From the IMG/VR virus record IMGVR_UViG_3300037424_000906, positions 1-64,000 of that record: 64,000 nucleotides of DNA; one strand, 5' to 3'. The notes under the pieces are model-generated. The model made no database searches, had not been told where the DNA came from, and saw only the letters and a program-made list of their open reading frames with translations. A program made the position numbers and the translations under genes. The stretch is from a virus. Shown piece by piece: positions 29,826 through 42,448 of the stretch; position 1 is the first letter of the stretch, and each line of letters begins with the position of its first letter.

Positions 29826-32800
29826 GTCTCAGCCCCCTCGCCCAGCAGATCAAACGCGAAGCCGACGCGATCGTGACGAGAATCCTCGCCCAGTCCACGG
29901 CGCCAGCCCAGCAGCCCACCACGCACCCGATGCGCTGCGCCGCGACCACCACGGTCTTCCACGGCTCCTACGACAGAGTCCAGCACCCCACCCACAACTG
30001 CACCCACCCAGCCGCCCTACCCGTCGGCGTCATCGGCCTGCCCGAGCACCTGTGCTCCTGCGGCATGACCTGGGTCGAAACCGTCGCTACCGCTGAGGAG
30101 TCCTGATGTCTACCGACCTGCCCGACCGCATCACTGTTGAGGAGAACCGCGTCATCCTGCGCGGTGCCCTCGCCACCGCCGTCCTGTCCGCCGACCTCTA
30201 CGCGGAGACCCCGACCGAGGAGCAGTTCAAGAGCCTGTTCGAGATCGTCAACGGTCCCGGCGGAATCTGGCTGGCGAAGGAGAGCTACTCCCAGGGCGTC
30301 AACGTCATGTCCGTCATCAAGCGCAAGGACGACGGACGCCTGTTCGGCTACCAGTACTGGACTGCGATCTCCAAGCACGCCGAGGCGCACTACGAGCCCA
30401 ACGGCGACGATCACGGCTTCGAGTACGACGACGACCTTGAGCCGACCACCGACGAGGACGGCAACGAAGACGACCTGAACGAGGTCTACGTCTGGTTGCC
30501 GATCGAGCCCTTCACCATCACCGGCTACCGGTTCCCGCAGGCCGCCGAGGTGGCGGCATGAGCTACGACCTGCCCCAGGCACCTGCCGCAGCCCAGCTGC
30601 CCCCAGGCTACGAACTCGGCCCGTTCCTCGACGCGTACGGGCAGGCCGTCCTCGCCTGGCACACCACCCGCACCGCCGAGTCAGAGCAGGCCCTCACCGA
30701 GTCCGCGCACGACCTGTACGCCCACGCAGCCAGCCAGCTGCGAACACGCCTAGGACGCATGGACCAGATCAGTAGGACCCTCAGCGCCGGAACAGCCCAG
30801 ACCGCACTCGACGCTGCCCACGACGACCGCGACAAGGCCAAGCGCCAGGCAGCCGCACTCCGTGCCATGTTCGACGACCTCCTGCTGTGGCCAGCACTGC
30901 AGGAGCGGAGGATCATCGCCGAGCAGTGGACCGAACGCGGGCTCATGGCCGACCTGCCCGGCCTGGCCGCCCTCGTGCGCGGCGAGTTCCCGCCCGCCAC
31001 CCGCGAACCCGCTGAGGCGGACATGCCCTCGTCGAACAAGCAGGACCCAGCCCACGAGTACGCGTTCACCTACGACGGCGACACCATGTGGCTGGAGTGC
31101 GGACCCTGCTACGAGCGTGGCGACGACGAGATCGTCACCTCGGTCGAGCCCGGCAACACCTGGGACGAACTGACCGGCGAAATCGCCACCCACGAAGCCG
31201 CCGCCGCGGTGACCGCATGAGCAGCACGCCCAACCTCGCCGCTATCGCCGCCCGGTATGCCGACAAGGTCCGCGCCCAGGAAAGCCTCACCGTCCGTCTG
31301 CCCGGAGACCCACTTGGCGCAGGGCTGGCGCTACTGCAGGGGTACGCCGTCCAGGCCGCCGCTTCAGCCGACGACGTACCCGGCCTGATGGACGAAGTCG
31401 ACCGTCTCAAGAGCGAACTGGCTGGTCTGACCTCGGCGGCCCAGGCCGTCGGCGAGGAACTACGCGCCAGTATGCAGCGAGCAGGCGGCCACCGCGAAGA
31501 CGCTCGCCTGTGGGAGAAGCGCTACGCCGAGATGCTCAAGCAGCGCGACACCGCACTCCAGGCAGCTGCCGAAGCACGGGCGCGACTCCGCACGGTACGG
31601 ATGCTGAAGGTCTGGACGAACGAAGACCGCCGACAGTTCGTGTTCGCCGACGACCTCTGGGCCGCCACCGACCCCGACATCAACCCCAGCACCGAGCCCC
31701 GTTTCACCGACTTCTCCTGGGTCGGCAACGGCCGCGACGGCTACGCAGAGCTGGCCGGCGACGAAGGCGCACCCCTCTACCGCTTCGACATCAACCAGCT
31801 GACGGAGTTCATCGCCCAGGGCACCGGAGTGCTTGTCCACCTCCGCGGACCTGCCTCCTGCTGCGACGGCCGCTCCCGCTTCTGCGAGACCTGCGGCGGC
31901 GGCTGGGCAGACGGCGAACCCTACCGCCCGTGCCCCTACGCCTGCGCCGACGGTGAGCCATGCATCATGACCGAACCGCGCCCCTGGCACACCCACGACC
32001 ACGTACATGCCGGTATCGGCACATGCGGCGGAGGCTGGACCACCAACGCCCCCAAGCAGTACCCGCATGCCCGCTGCTTCGATGACGGCCAGCACCACGC
32101 GCACCGCTGGGGAGATCCCGCGCACTGGTGCGACGGAGACGCCGTCCCGACGCCCGCAACATCAGGACACGACACCACGCAGGTGCAGGCATGAGCGACC
32201 CCACCACCCAGCCGCAGCAGCACACCACCTGCACCACCAACCTGCCGCCCATCCCCCCGGGCCACGACGAACACTTCCAGAAAGCCTTCGACGCAGGCTG
32301 GACTGTCATCGAAGAGCACGGCGGCAGCGTCAGCGGCAGCACCGCGCTCGTCTGGCAGGCCGTCAACGCGGTGGCCATGGCCTTGCTGCCCGACCCGGCC
32401 GCGGTCGAGGCCGCCAAGGCCATCGAGGCGGAGCGTGACCTTCTCGCCAGCCAGTTGCGAGCTGTCCACGACGTCACCCGCACCAGCCGGTTCGGACGGG
32501 TACGCACCTCCGCCATTTGCAAAGCGCTGATCACCGACCCTGCCGACGAAGCCGAGGGCCGCATTCGCCGAGGAAGGCCGACCGTGAACCTCCTCGACCG
32601 TCTCCTGCGCCGCAAACCGCGCTGCACCTACCTCCGCTCGTGGCAGTGGGGACACGACCGTCGCACGTACCAGTGCGAGCAGCGTGCCGGACACATCATC
32701 GGCCACGGCCCGTGGAAGCTGATCAGCCCGGCCAAGGCCGAGCGGATCGCTCAGGCGAAGCGGGTGAAGGCATGAGCATCCACACCGTCCACCTCGTCAA

Positions 32801-35378
32801 CTGCGACCGCGACTGCGGCGCCCAGCACATCCCGCGCCGCGACCGGACCCCGGCAGGTGCCCGCAAGGACGCTCGTGACAACGGGTGGACGCGGACCGAG
32901 GTACCGAATGACACCGGCTACCCCGCAGACCTCGGCAAGCAGATGACCGGCTTGCCGATCGACTTTCAGATCCAACCCGCCTCGTGGGCGAATAAGCACT
33001 ACCCGCACTCGCGGTCGGCGCTGATCGAACTCGAACCGACCAACCCGGAACGCCCCGATGCGTAAACACCTCGCAGCCTGGCCCTGGCAACTGTGGTGGA
33101 TCATCGAACCCGCCACCCGCATCATGTGCGCCCTCGTCGGACACGCGCCCATCACCGACTGGTCACGGCGAGCAGCCCACCACTGGATCTGTACCTGGTG
33201 CATGGAAGACGTCCCAGCCCCAACCGAGAAGGAGCACACCCGATGACCGACCGCGTCCCATACTTCCACCTCACCCCAGACGAACGCGAAGCCGTACACC
33301 AGTGGGTACGCGACCACAACCTGCGGCCCAAGGACGTGCCCGTCGATGGCCGCATCGAACTGGACGAGACCACCAACGAATGGCGCATCCAGCAGTTCGC
33401 CCAGCACGACGGCGAGATGCTCGTCGGCTTTGACGGCGAACCGGTCAAGATCGTGGTACGCCGCACCAACCTGCGCAACCTGCCGTGGAGGACACAGTGA
33501 GCGAGACCCGCGCCCATATCCAGCCCGACTACACCCGCTTCAGCGGTATAGCCATCTACCTCACCAAGCGAGGACCGAACGACACCACCGACGTAATGCT
33601 GCCCGTCAACCCGACCTGGTGCACCTACCAGGCACACGAAGCAGCAGAGCTGAGCCAGCAACCATCGCTGCGCCTACCCGACGACATGGCCCGCGCCCTC
33701 CTCGACGCCCTGTCCGCCCACTACGGCGGCACGACAGACGTTCGCACCCTCCGCAAGGACTACGACGCCGAACGGTCCCGCGTCGACAGGCTCCTCGACG
33801 CTGCAATCAAACGAGGTGCACTGTGAACGCCGCGAACACCTGGGCGCGGCTGTTCCGCGTCACCCGCCCAGACGAGGTGGTCCTGCATGGTGCTCAGTTC
33901 CCGTCCGGGCGTGTCTGGCTCGACGGTAACGAGGAGGCGCGGATCTGGCCGCAGACCGCGACCGGCTTCGAGCACCTGCCACTACTTGACGGCTCGACCG
34001 TTGAGTGGGCAGACGGAGGCCAGGCATGACCGAGACGCCCGAGTGGATGGACGAAGCCGTGGAAGCGGCGCTCGCCGACCTGAGCCCGTGGATAGAGCCC
34101 GAATTCGAGGAGATCACCGGCATCGACGCCAAGCAGGCCGCCCAGATCGTGCTCACCGCAGCACACAAGCTGATCGCGGGTCGGGAGGCCAGGGTGCGCG
34201 CCGACGAGCGGGAGCGGATCGCGGCGGAACTGCGACGCCTGCCCACCGCAATCAAGCCTCACGACCCCTTCGCCCAAGGCTGGTGGGATGCCGGAATCGC
34301 CGAAGCTCTGTGCTGGATCACGCCCATCGGCGAGATCCACACCGCACAGCGCATCACCCGCATGTGTGTCGAGCCCGAAAACGAACACCAGCTCAACGTC
34401 CGCTACCACTCCGGCGGACCAGTTGCTGGCGCACAGCCCTACCTCTACGACCCCGCGTCGAGCACTTCCTCGTCCCCCGCAGGCACCGGACGGGACAAGC
34501 CATGACCCCACCCGCAGACGACAACATCACCCGCCGCATCGGCATCGACATCGCCTGCGCACTCGGCGCTTTCCTCGTCATCGGTATCACCCTCGGGCTC
34601 GTCTTCGGCGCCTGGGAATGCCTGGCGGCAGTCGCTGTGATCATCATGGGCATCAGCATCTTCGCTGTGCTCAAGAAGATCCTCAACCTGATCATGAAAG
34701 GCAAGCCATGACCGCCACACCCACGCCCGAGCAGATCCTCAACACACCGATGGCCGACAACGACGCCGACGCCACCACCATCCGCGGCTACCTCGTTGAG
34801 CTGCTCAAGCAGGTCTGGATCGGGCAAGAAGGCTTCAGCGGCAAACGCCCCTTCGGCAACAGCGGATGGACATACGACCTCTACGCCGCGCTTGGCCGCG
34901 CCGGGCACATCAGCTACACCGCAGACGAGGACGGGTACTGCGAGGAGTGCGATGACGATGCCGGCGACAAACTCATCACGGCGGCCATCAACGCGCTCGG
35001 CGCCAGCACGGAGAAGTCATGACCCGGCGTGAACCCCGATACGACCGCGGGCAACAGGTGGTGTCCAGCGCAGCACTACCCGAACGCCCCGCGCACGCCT
35101 CACCCACCCCACCACCGGCAAGCGGAGCGTTGCCACCCGTCGAGTCAGGAACCGCCACCGCCATGCCACTACGGCAGGAATGGGCGGTCAGGTGGGGACG
35201 CGAAGGCAAGATCGGACCACTCCGCTACGCGACCGAGAAAGCGGCAGCCGAGTACACGCTTCCCGGCGACACCACCGTATGCAGGTGGTACAGCCCGTGG
35301 TACGACCCGGCGCTCATCGATGACACCATGATCGTTGGGGTACCGGTTGATCAGGAAGAAGACAGCCGAACCCGCTAG
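29822..35378 (+). other. Run of about 14 hypothetical genes (29822, 30106, 30558, 31217, 32191, 32772, 33058, 33243, 33497, 33823, 34026, 34502, 34708, 35019)
   Basis: Chain of ATGA/GTGA overlaps. Confidence 0.65.
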
Positions 35379-35411
35379 TACCAAGCCCCTAGTCCCAGAA
35401 AGGACCCCGCC

Positions 35412-35915
35412 ATGGCCGGACCAAACGGCATCCACGCGCAGAAGGGGGAAGCCGAACGCGACGCCGAACGCAACGCCCAAATCTTCCGCCTCCGCACCGA
35501 AGAATGGACCCAAGGCCGCATCGCCGAAAAGTTCGGCATCAGCCAGCAACGCGTATCCCAGATCTGCGACGAAGAGATGAAGAACCTCACCGTTCCCGCC
35601 GCCGATGAGATGCGCAAGGCTGCAGCAGCCAAGTTCGCCCTAGCCGAGCAGGCCGTATGGGAGGTGCTGCGCCGCGAACATGTCGTCATCCAGGGTGGCA
35701 AGCCCGTCCGGCACTCCCATGTCGACGAAGAAGGGGTCGAGCACCTGGGCGACATCATCACCGACGACAAGCCGATCCTTGACGCCGTTGACCGGCTCCT
35801 GCGCATCGAAGCACGCCGGGCGGCAACGTTCGGGTACGAGGCGCCGCAGAAGGTGGAGATGTCCGCTGGGGTCAAGTACGAAATCGTCGGCATCAGCAAC
35901 GAGGACATGCGGTGA
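35412..35915 (+). CDS. Terminase small subunit-like HTH protein
   Basis: WTQGRIAEKFGISQQRVSQI and AVDRLLRIEARRAATFGYEAPQKVE, as in actinophage TerS-like proteins. Confidence 0.6.
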   Translation: MAGPNGIHAQKGEAERDAERNAQIFRLRTEEWTQGRIAEKFGISQQRVSQICDEEMKNLTVPAADEMRKAAAAKFALAEQAVWEVLRREHVVIQGGKPVRHSHVDEEGVEHLGDIITDDKPILDAVDRLLRIEARRAATFGYEAPQKVEMSAGVKYEIVGISNEDMR

Positions 35916-36333
35916 CCTGGCGCTGGCTGAGGGACTTCTGGGGTTGGCTGATGTGGCGTTGCTGCAACCGGTGGGGCAACCGGGTGGGTTGGGCTGAGTA
36001 CCGGGACTTCGCGGTTCGGTGGCGGACCGCGATGGACGACCCGAAGCGCAACCGGGTGACGGAAGTGTTCGTTGCCCCACCGCTGCCGACCAGGTATGTG
36101 CGGATCCCGGAGCCGCTGACCTGCGAGCGGGCCGACACCGTCATGGAGTTGTACGCGCAGTTACAGCTGGCCGAGTACGGAGCTGACGCCACGGTGGTGA
36201 TGGATCAGGGCACGTTCGACCGTCTGTGCCCGCGTGAGGTGCAAGGGCAGCCGCGGCTGTTCGGGATGGGCATCCGGGTCGATGACAGCGCGGTGATGCC
36301 TCGGTTGGAGCCGCTTCGACCTGGAACGCCGAA

Positions 36334-36624
36334 GTGACTTTGTCAGAAAATCGGACTACGCTCGGCGGCGTGCGTACACTTTCCAAGCACGAACAGCGTT
36401 TCAGCGCCAGACTTTCCAGCATGCGAAAGCTTCGGAAGATGACGCAGCAGCAACTCGCTGACACGGTCGGCTTGCCGAGGCCGAGTTTGGGCATGATCGA
36501 GGTCGGGAAACGCAGCATCACGCTCAGCGAAGCAGTCGCACTCTGCGAGGCGCTCGACGTCGACCTGTCCGCGATGATCTCGCCTGAGCCGCTGACCCTC
36601 ACCATCCGAACGCAGGTGGATTAG
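36334..36624 (+). CDS. XRE-family HTH regulator
   Basis: MTQQQLADTVGLPRPSLGMIEVGKR. Confidence 0.85.
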   Translation: MTLSENRTTLGGVRTLSKHEQRFSARLSSMRKLRKMTQQQLADTVGLPRPSLGMIEVGKRSITLSEAVALCEALDVDLSAMISPEPLTLTIRTQVD

Positions 36625-37423
36625 ATGACCGAACCGAGCGGCGGCGGACAGATCACCAGCATGATCTTCCGCCGACACGACACCGATGAGTTCCTGTGGG
36701 CCACTCCCGGCGTCGGCCCGTGGCAACCGATCCCGCGCATCGGCGAGCAGGTGCGGTACGGCTACAGCCCAGACCTGTGGCGGGTCGCGGACGTGAGCCA
36801 CGACTGGGGAGATGACGTGCGGCTGCCGGGTAGTTGCTGCTTCATCGTGGCGGTCTACCTCAAGCCCGACACTGAGGAGAAGGGAAACGCAGCATGACCG
36901 ATGACGCATTCAACGAACTGGCCGGCAACTACAACGTCGGCAACGAACTCCTCGCCGCGATGCGCCAAGCCGAGCAGCAGCTGACGAGCGCCTGGATGGC
37001 AACGAACCCTGAAGACGGCAGCTACGGGCCCGGCGACCTTCAGATCATGGCGGAGGCGTGGGTCAAGCTGAATCCGGAGCAGCAGGAGAAGGCGCTACGC
37101 CACGACCTGTTCGGTGCCTACCGGCATCACGTCCGAGACCTTCAGGAACGTCACGACATCATGACCATGGCGAAGCTCGACGGCTCCTCGTTCCTCGACG
37201 GCGACGACAGCGACCTCGACGTCATCGCGTGGGCCGGCGTCATGACCTACGACCTCAACGCCGACAGCACGGTCGAGGTGTGCAAGATGCGCGACGCCCT
37301 CGACCTGCCCGAGAACGGTCTCCCGCAGGCGTACGTGCCAGTTCCGGTGGACACGCTGTGGCGACTGGTGCAAGAGGTTCAGCTGCTGCGCTTCCGAGAC
37401 CAGACGAGCAAGCAGGCAGCGGC

Positions 37424-37882
37424 ATGAGTAGGGACCTGGTCGCCTGGCTGCGCCTACAGTGCGACCTCGACGAACGCGACGCCCCGGCCGCGAGCACTCG
37501 CCCACTGGTCCGCCCGCCGACCAGTGAGGTATTCACCGTGGCAGGCGAGGTGATGGTCGTCTACGGCACTGGCTGGCCTAAGGAAGACGAAGCCGCCCGC
37601 CTTGCTGCCGCCTACCGTCAGCGGATCCTGGACGAGGTTGCCGCCAAGAGGGCAGTGCTCGACAAGTACGACCTCATCGTCAGGGCCGCCCAGGAAGCCG
37701 GCCAGCCCAGCGACCGGTACGACTACCGCAACGACTACCTCGGCAACGTCGTCAGGATCACCGTGCACGCCGACCAGCAATACGCGCACGACATGGTCAA
37801 ACAGGTCCTCTACGCCGTCATCGTCGATCTCGCGTACCCGTACCGGCACATGCCCGGCTGGCAGGAAGCGTGGGCGGCATGA
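37424..37882 (+). CDS. DUF6221-like protein
   Basis: DLVAWLRLQCDLDE...ILDEVAAKR...LAYPYRHMPGWQEAW. Confidence 0.7.
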   Translation: MSRDLVAWLRLQCDLDERDAPAASTRPLVRPPTSEVFTVAGEVMVVYGTGWPKEDEAARLAAAYRQRILDEVAAKRAVLDKYDLIVRAAQEAGQPSDRYDYRNDYLGNVVRITVHADQQYAHDMVKQVLYAVIVDLAYPYRHMPGWQEAWAA

Positions 37883-38182
37883 AACGCGTCCGGGATTATC
37901 TGTCTGCAGGCGTACGTATCCCACGGTGGAGGCTTTGGTTCTTCCTGCTGGTGACCGCATTGGTTCTCATCCGAGAAGCCAACGCCCTGCTCTGGTGGAT
38001 GTGGTCATGAGCGAGCAGCAGGCAGATCCCAAGCTCGATGGCATCTGCTGCGGACAGGGCGGCTCCTGGGCACCGAAAGCCGAGGACCGGGCACCGCTCG
38101 TCGGCGGCTGCCAGTTGTGCCCGAACTCGCCCACGTACTGGGCCCGCGATAAGCCCGCAGACCGGCAGGAAGCGAGACTCGG

Positions 38183-38917
38183 ATGAACCACCCGAAGAGC
38201 GCGATGAACACGCCGGGCAGCCAGGAGATCGAGGCCGCCCGGCGCCGAACGAGGGCGCGGCTCAACGTCTGGCCTGCCGACCTTGCTGGAGATCTAGACC
38301 CCTGGGAGCTTTCGGCCACGTTCGACTGGGCCGTACGCGTCGTCGACCGGGCTGACATCCCGCACATCACCCGCTGGATATCGTGCGGCATCAACCCCGG
38401 GGTCATCAGCCCATTCGCCGCACTGCTCGTCGGCCTCGGCGCAGACGGACGGCTGTACGTCACCGACGAGTACCGGTACAACCCCCGAGCCGCTCGCGGG
38501 ATGAAGACCGACGTCGAGCACGTCGCCGCCCTACAGGAGTGGATGGCAAGCATCAGCCCGCTCGCCGAGTCAGCGGGAGATGCTGCCGGTGTGACACCGG
38601 AGCGGATCGTCGTGGACCCGGCATCCCCGGAGTTCCGATGGCACCTACGCAGAGCTGGCATCACCACAGTGGGCGGCGACCGCCTGCTGTTCGACGGCCT
38701 CCGACTGATCACGCAGCTCCTGGCTGGCGGGCTGCTGCTCATCGCCCGGAACTGCGGTGGTCTCATCGACGAGCTGTCGAGCGGCCTGCGCAACGACGAG
38801 ATCCACAGGCGTACCCACTCGCTCAGGGCACTGCACTACGCCGTGTTCAGCACCCGGGCCTGGTGGGCATCCGATGTCTGCGGTCCGGCATCGAGCAGCA
38901 CGGAGTGGATGGCATGA
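38183..38917 (+). CDS. Stand-alone, apparently inactivated terminase nuclease (RNase H-like) domain
   Basis: CGINPG..PFAALL, LYVTDEY, VVDPAS, CGGLIDEL, THSLRALHYAV. Confidence 0.65.
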   Translation: MNHPKSAMNTPGSQEIEAARRRTRARLNVWPADLAGDLDPWELSATFDWAVRVVDRADIPHITRWISCGINPGVISPFAALLVGLGADGRLYVTDEYRYNPRAARGMKTDVEHVAALQEWMASISPLAESAGDAAGVTPERIVVDPASPEFRWHLRRAGITTVGGDRLLFDGLRLITQLLAGGLLLIARNCGGLIDELSSGLRNDEIHRRTHSLRALHYAVFSTRAWWASDVCGPASSSTEWMA

Positions 38918-38990
38918 GCCTGTGGGGGATCGTGGGGGCCTTACTCATCGCAGGAGCCAGCGCCGCTGTGGTCTGGTATGCGTGGAAGGC

Positions 38991-41034
38991 ATGAGCGACC
39001 TGGACGCGGCCATCCGTGTCGCTGCCGATGCGATCGAACAGGCTGCGTCGGTCATGCCGGCACGACCATGGAAGCGCCTCGACACCGAGCAGTGGAAACT
39101 CATCGACACCGAAGGCAACGAGATCCCGATCAAGGTTCGCACCGAGTGGCCGTGCAGCGACGAAAAACGGACGGTCAGCTACCTGCGTGCCGACGTCCCG
39201 CGCCCCAGCGTGCGGCTCGGCACCTTGCCTGACGGCTGGACCACAGTCGGACTTCTGCAACGGGCAGGCGGCATGAGCGGCGAGCCGGAACGTGACGACT
39301 ACCCGGACACCGACGCGTACCTGGAAGCCTGGTGCCTGTGGCGGGCACTACGCAGGGAAGGACGGCTCACCGACATGGAACGCCAAGCCGCGTTTGAGGC
39401 GTTCGAGTGGGCGCTCGCGCGGTGGCCGAACGGGCGCCCAGGTTTCCGAATGGGCGAGCGGAGATGAACTGGCCCGACGTGCAGCGCGCCCGTTGGCACG
39501 CCCAACCTGACGACACGATCGGCGGTTGGTGCATCACCACCACCGAAGACCCGCCCACCGCCGGCCTGCCCAACATGGTGGCGGGTTTCGTGCATGAGGA
39601 AGCGGCCCGTCACATCGTTGAGCTTCACAACGCGTGGCTTGCCGCTGTACCCGTCACAAACTGACCTAAGGCGAGGAGAACACACCGGATGAGCCGCGTC
39701 TATTTCCATAGCGAGCAGCGCACCGCCGAACTCCGCGGCTCCGAGCGCGGCTGGCTCGAACACGTCGCCCGTGGCCCGGCTGAAGCCGCTTGGGACCTCA
39801 ACAACCCCATCCTCCCCTTGGAGCGCTGCGAACAGATCATCGCCATGATCCCCGAGGTCCCAGGCAGCCAGTGCGTTGCTAGCTACCTTCACGACCAGTT
39901 GCGCGAAGCCAGAGAGCAGCAGGCGCGTAACTCGATTGCCGCCCGGGAATGGAAACCTGGGCAGCCCCTCCCTGGGCGCATTGACCAAGGTCCAGAACGA
40001 CAGCTCATCAGGTATCTGCGAACCGAACTCGTCAGGTACGGCCTGAACTTCGCTGTTGCCGGACAACAGCTTGACGGCGGCAGCGTGGCACTCAACACTG
40101 CGCTGGTTGCCGGATCGGATGTGATCGCGCTCGCCGCGAAAATCCACGGTTGGTGCGAAAGCCACGGCTGGATTGACGGACCGGACCGGAAATGGCTTGC
40201 GGACCTGATCGACGAGGGACTGCGGTGCGGCATCTACCGTGCCGGCCTCTGGTACTACGAACCCGGCGGCAAGCGGAAGTGGTCTGACCAAGGCTGGGAA
40301 GACGTGACCGCGCTGCTTCGCGAAACTGATGACGGCCCGGTCGTCATGTCGCACTCGGTCACCGACGGGTTCCCGAACCTGGACATCGCCGAGTGGGACC
40401 CGGTCGTCGACGCCGGCTGGATGCCCGAGTGGGCTGCGGATGATGCTGGTCGGGCCGAATGGGATGAGATGTCCGGCGACGATCAAACCTCCTACCGCTA
40501 CGAACACGCCAACAAGCAATGGGCCGAACTCTCCGACGACGATCAGTGGCGGCTTGGCATGGAAGGTCTGCGAGCAAAGCGGCCGTGGGCGCGGATCGGC
40601 CCCGACACCCTGCGAGCGGAAACGTTCGGACCTGCGGTGACGGTGTACGACCTGCTGGCCCCGGACCGCGATCAGCGGGTGCTGGCTGCGTGCGCCAGCG
40701 AAGAGCAGGAGTGACGAGCGAGCAGCGGAAGGATCGCCCCTCTGTAGGGGAGGTCGCGTTCGTGTGCACCGACGATGGCCGACACCCGGAAGCCGCGCTC
40801 TTCCACCTCCACGAAGCGGACGGGCAGATCGTGGTGAAGGGCATGCCCAGGGGCGGGCCCGCTGTCGGCGGGCAGGATTCGCCGTTGGTGCAGTTCCTCG
40901 AATCCGGCAGGGTCGCATACAGGTGTCACCTCTGCGCAAGGCCGCGGTCGTGGGAGTTGACTCCGGAGGGCATGCGCGGCTGGTACGACGACTACGCGCA
41001 AACGGAGGAGCGGAAGGTTTATCTGTACTCGTAG
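38991..41034 (+). other. Hypothetical genes (38991-39467, 39464-39664, 39689-40714, 40711-41034)
   Basis: Coupled or RBS-led ORFs. Confidence 0.6.
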
Positions 41035-41216
41035 CCGCGCCTTCCTTAACTACCGTTCAGTTCGGGTGCCAGAAAACGCGGGAAAACACGGGCTGAGACC
41101 AACTGCCCAGCCAGGTCGGCATGATGCTCGCCGAGCACCGCGACTACATGTTCCCCGACGCCGAACCTGATACGGTTTGACTCAAGTCTTCGGGTACGAG
41201 AACCGTGCAACGCGTC

Positions 41217-41256
41217 AGCCCCGCCAGTCCTTCGGGATCGGCGGGGCTTCGTCGTG
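41217..41256 (+). terminator. Hairpin; its 3' 17 nt (GGCGGGGCTTCGTCGTG) recur in the hairpin at 41863-41904
   Basis: AGCCCCGCC..TCC-TTCG-GGA..GGCGGGGCT. Confidence 0.55.
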
Positions 41257-41388
41257 GGTGCCATGACCGTCCCGGCGGTAGGCAGCTACGATGATCACGC
41301 CAACCGCGCACGGCATCGTAGAGCTCGGGCAGGCTCCTCCGGAGATTCGTCTCTACAGGGAGCGGATTTTCCCTGTCCAGGAGTTCCG

Positions 41389-41857
41389 ATGCCGAGCCCT
41401 ACCGGCCGTCTGGCCGATCCGCAGTGGCGACACGAGCGCGCCAAGCTTGCCGCTCAAGCCCGCACAACCCCCGATTACTACATCGCACGGCTTGAAGAGG
41501 CCGCGTCAGACCTGACTGACGAGCAGCGCGGACGCCTTGCCGCACTCCTGCGGTAGTCTCGTGGGTGCGGCAACCGTACGGGTGGCGGAGTTCCCCCGTT
41601 GTAATCGCTCTCACCGGGGCGCGAATTCCGCACGCACGGAGAGCTTGATGCCCCGCAATCCCGAATCGCCCGTACAGGGCGCCATCACAGACCCCGACTT
41701 CCGCCGACGTCGCGCGGTGCACGCAGCCAAGTCGCGGACCGGAGTCGACTTCCACATCGCACAACTCGAAGCGGTCGTGTCGGATCTGACAGCTGAACGG
41801 CGGGCGCGGCTGGCCGCACTGCTGTCGTCAGCCGAAGGCAACGCGAGTCGACACTGA
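41389..41857 (+). CDS. Two paralogous small proteins (41389-41556, 41648-41857)
   Basis: Shared DPxxR..RA..AA..RT..D..IA.LE...SDLT.E.R.RLAALL. Confidence 0.65.
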
Positions 41858-41982
41858 TCACTGAAGCCCTGTCGTTTCGTGAGGGACGGCGGGGCTTCGT
41901 CGTGCGCGCTGCCATGCGGGCAGTGCCGGGCGTTACAGTGGTCACGTGGATTGCGGCACCTTCCGTTGATCGCGGAAGGGCT

Positions 41983-42040
41983 GGGGGCTCGGATCGAAAC
42001 CCACGCCGCTGGGTCTGGTTGAACCAGAGAGCCTCCACCA
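41983..42040 (+). ncRNA. Minimal tRNA-like element with G3:U70 acceptor stem and encoded ACCA
   Basis: GGGGGCTC/GAGCCTCC stem followed by ACCA; two internal hairpins. Confidence 0.45.
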
Positions 42041-42041
42041 A

Positions 42042-42111
42042 GGGGATAGCGCACGGTGCGCAGGCCGACCTGGCAAGGCGGCCCCGCTCGGTTCGACACC
42101 GAGTGTCTCCA
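42042..42111 (+). ncRNA. tRNA-like element with canonical T-arm and aberrant D/anticodon arms
   Basis: GGGGATA/TGTCTCC acceptor (G3:U70); T-arm CTCGG-TTCGACA-CCGAG. Confidence 0.55.
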
Positions 42112-42176
42112 CGCGAGGGGAACCGCCGTGATCGGGCGGGGGAAACCGAGCCGCTCAGGGCTGATCGCCTGGGCGC

Positions 42177-42249
42177 GGGAACGTAGCTCAGCGGAAAGAG
42201 CGCTCGGCACCCGCCGGGAGGACGGTGGTTCGAGCCCATCCGGATCCCA
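42177..42249 (+). tRNA. Degenerate tRNA or pseudo-tRNA; anticodon not assignable
   Basis: D-arm TAGCTCAGCGGAAAGAGC; T-arm GGTGG-TTCGAGC-CCATC; anticodon loop only 4-6 nt; acceptor stem imperfect. Confidence 0.55.
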
Positions 42250-42448
42250 CGGTCTGCGACGGAGCGTCGAGACGTCGGCGAGACCGGCAGATGCCGTATC
42301 CGCGAGGACGGTGGCGGCGGCCGGACGGCGCACCAGCCAACCGGCCGCCGATCAGCTCAGGACGGAGCCTGGGCGAGCAGGAACTGAGCCTGGACAGCGA
42401 GCAGCCCCCGCGGGTAGAGGCGAGGGCTGTTGTTGGTGGCGCCGGGCG

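Noticed and set aside
41983-42040. tmRNA
   Set aside because: Ala-type acceptor ends but only 58 nt, with no tag ORF or pseudoknots evident; kept as tRNA-like.
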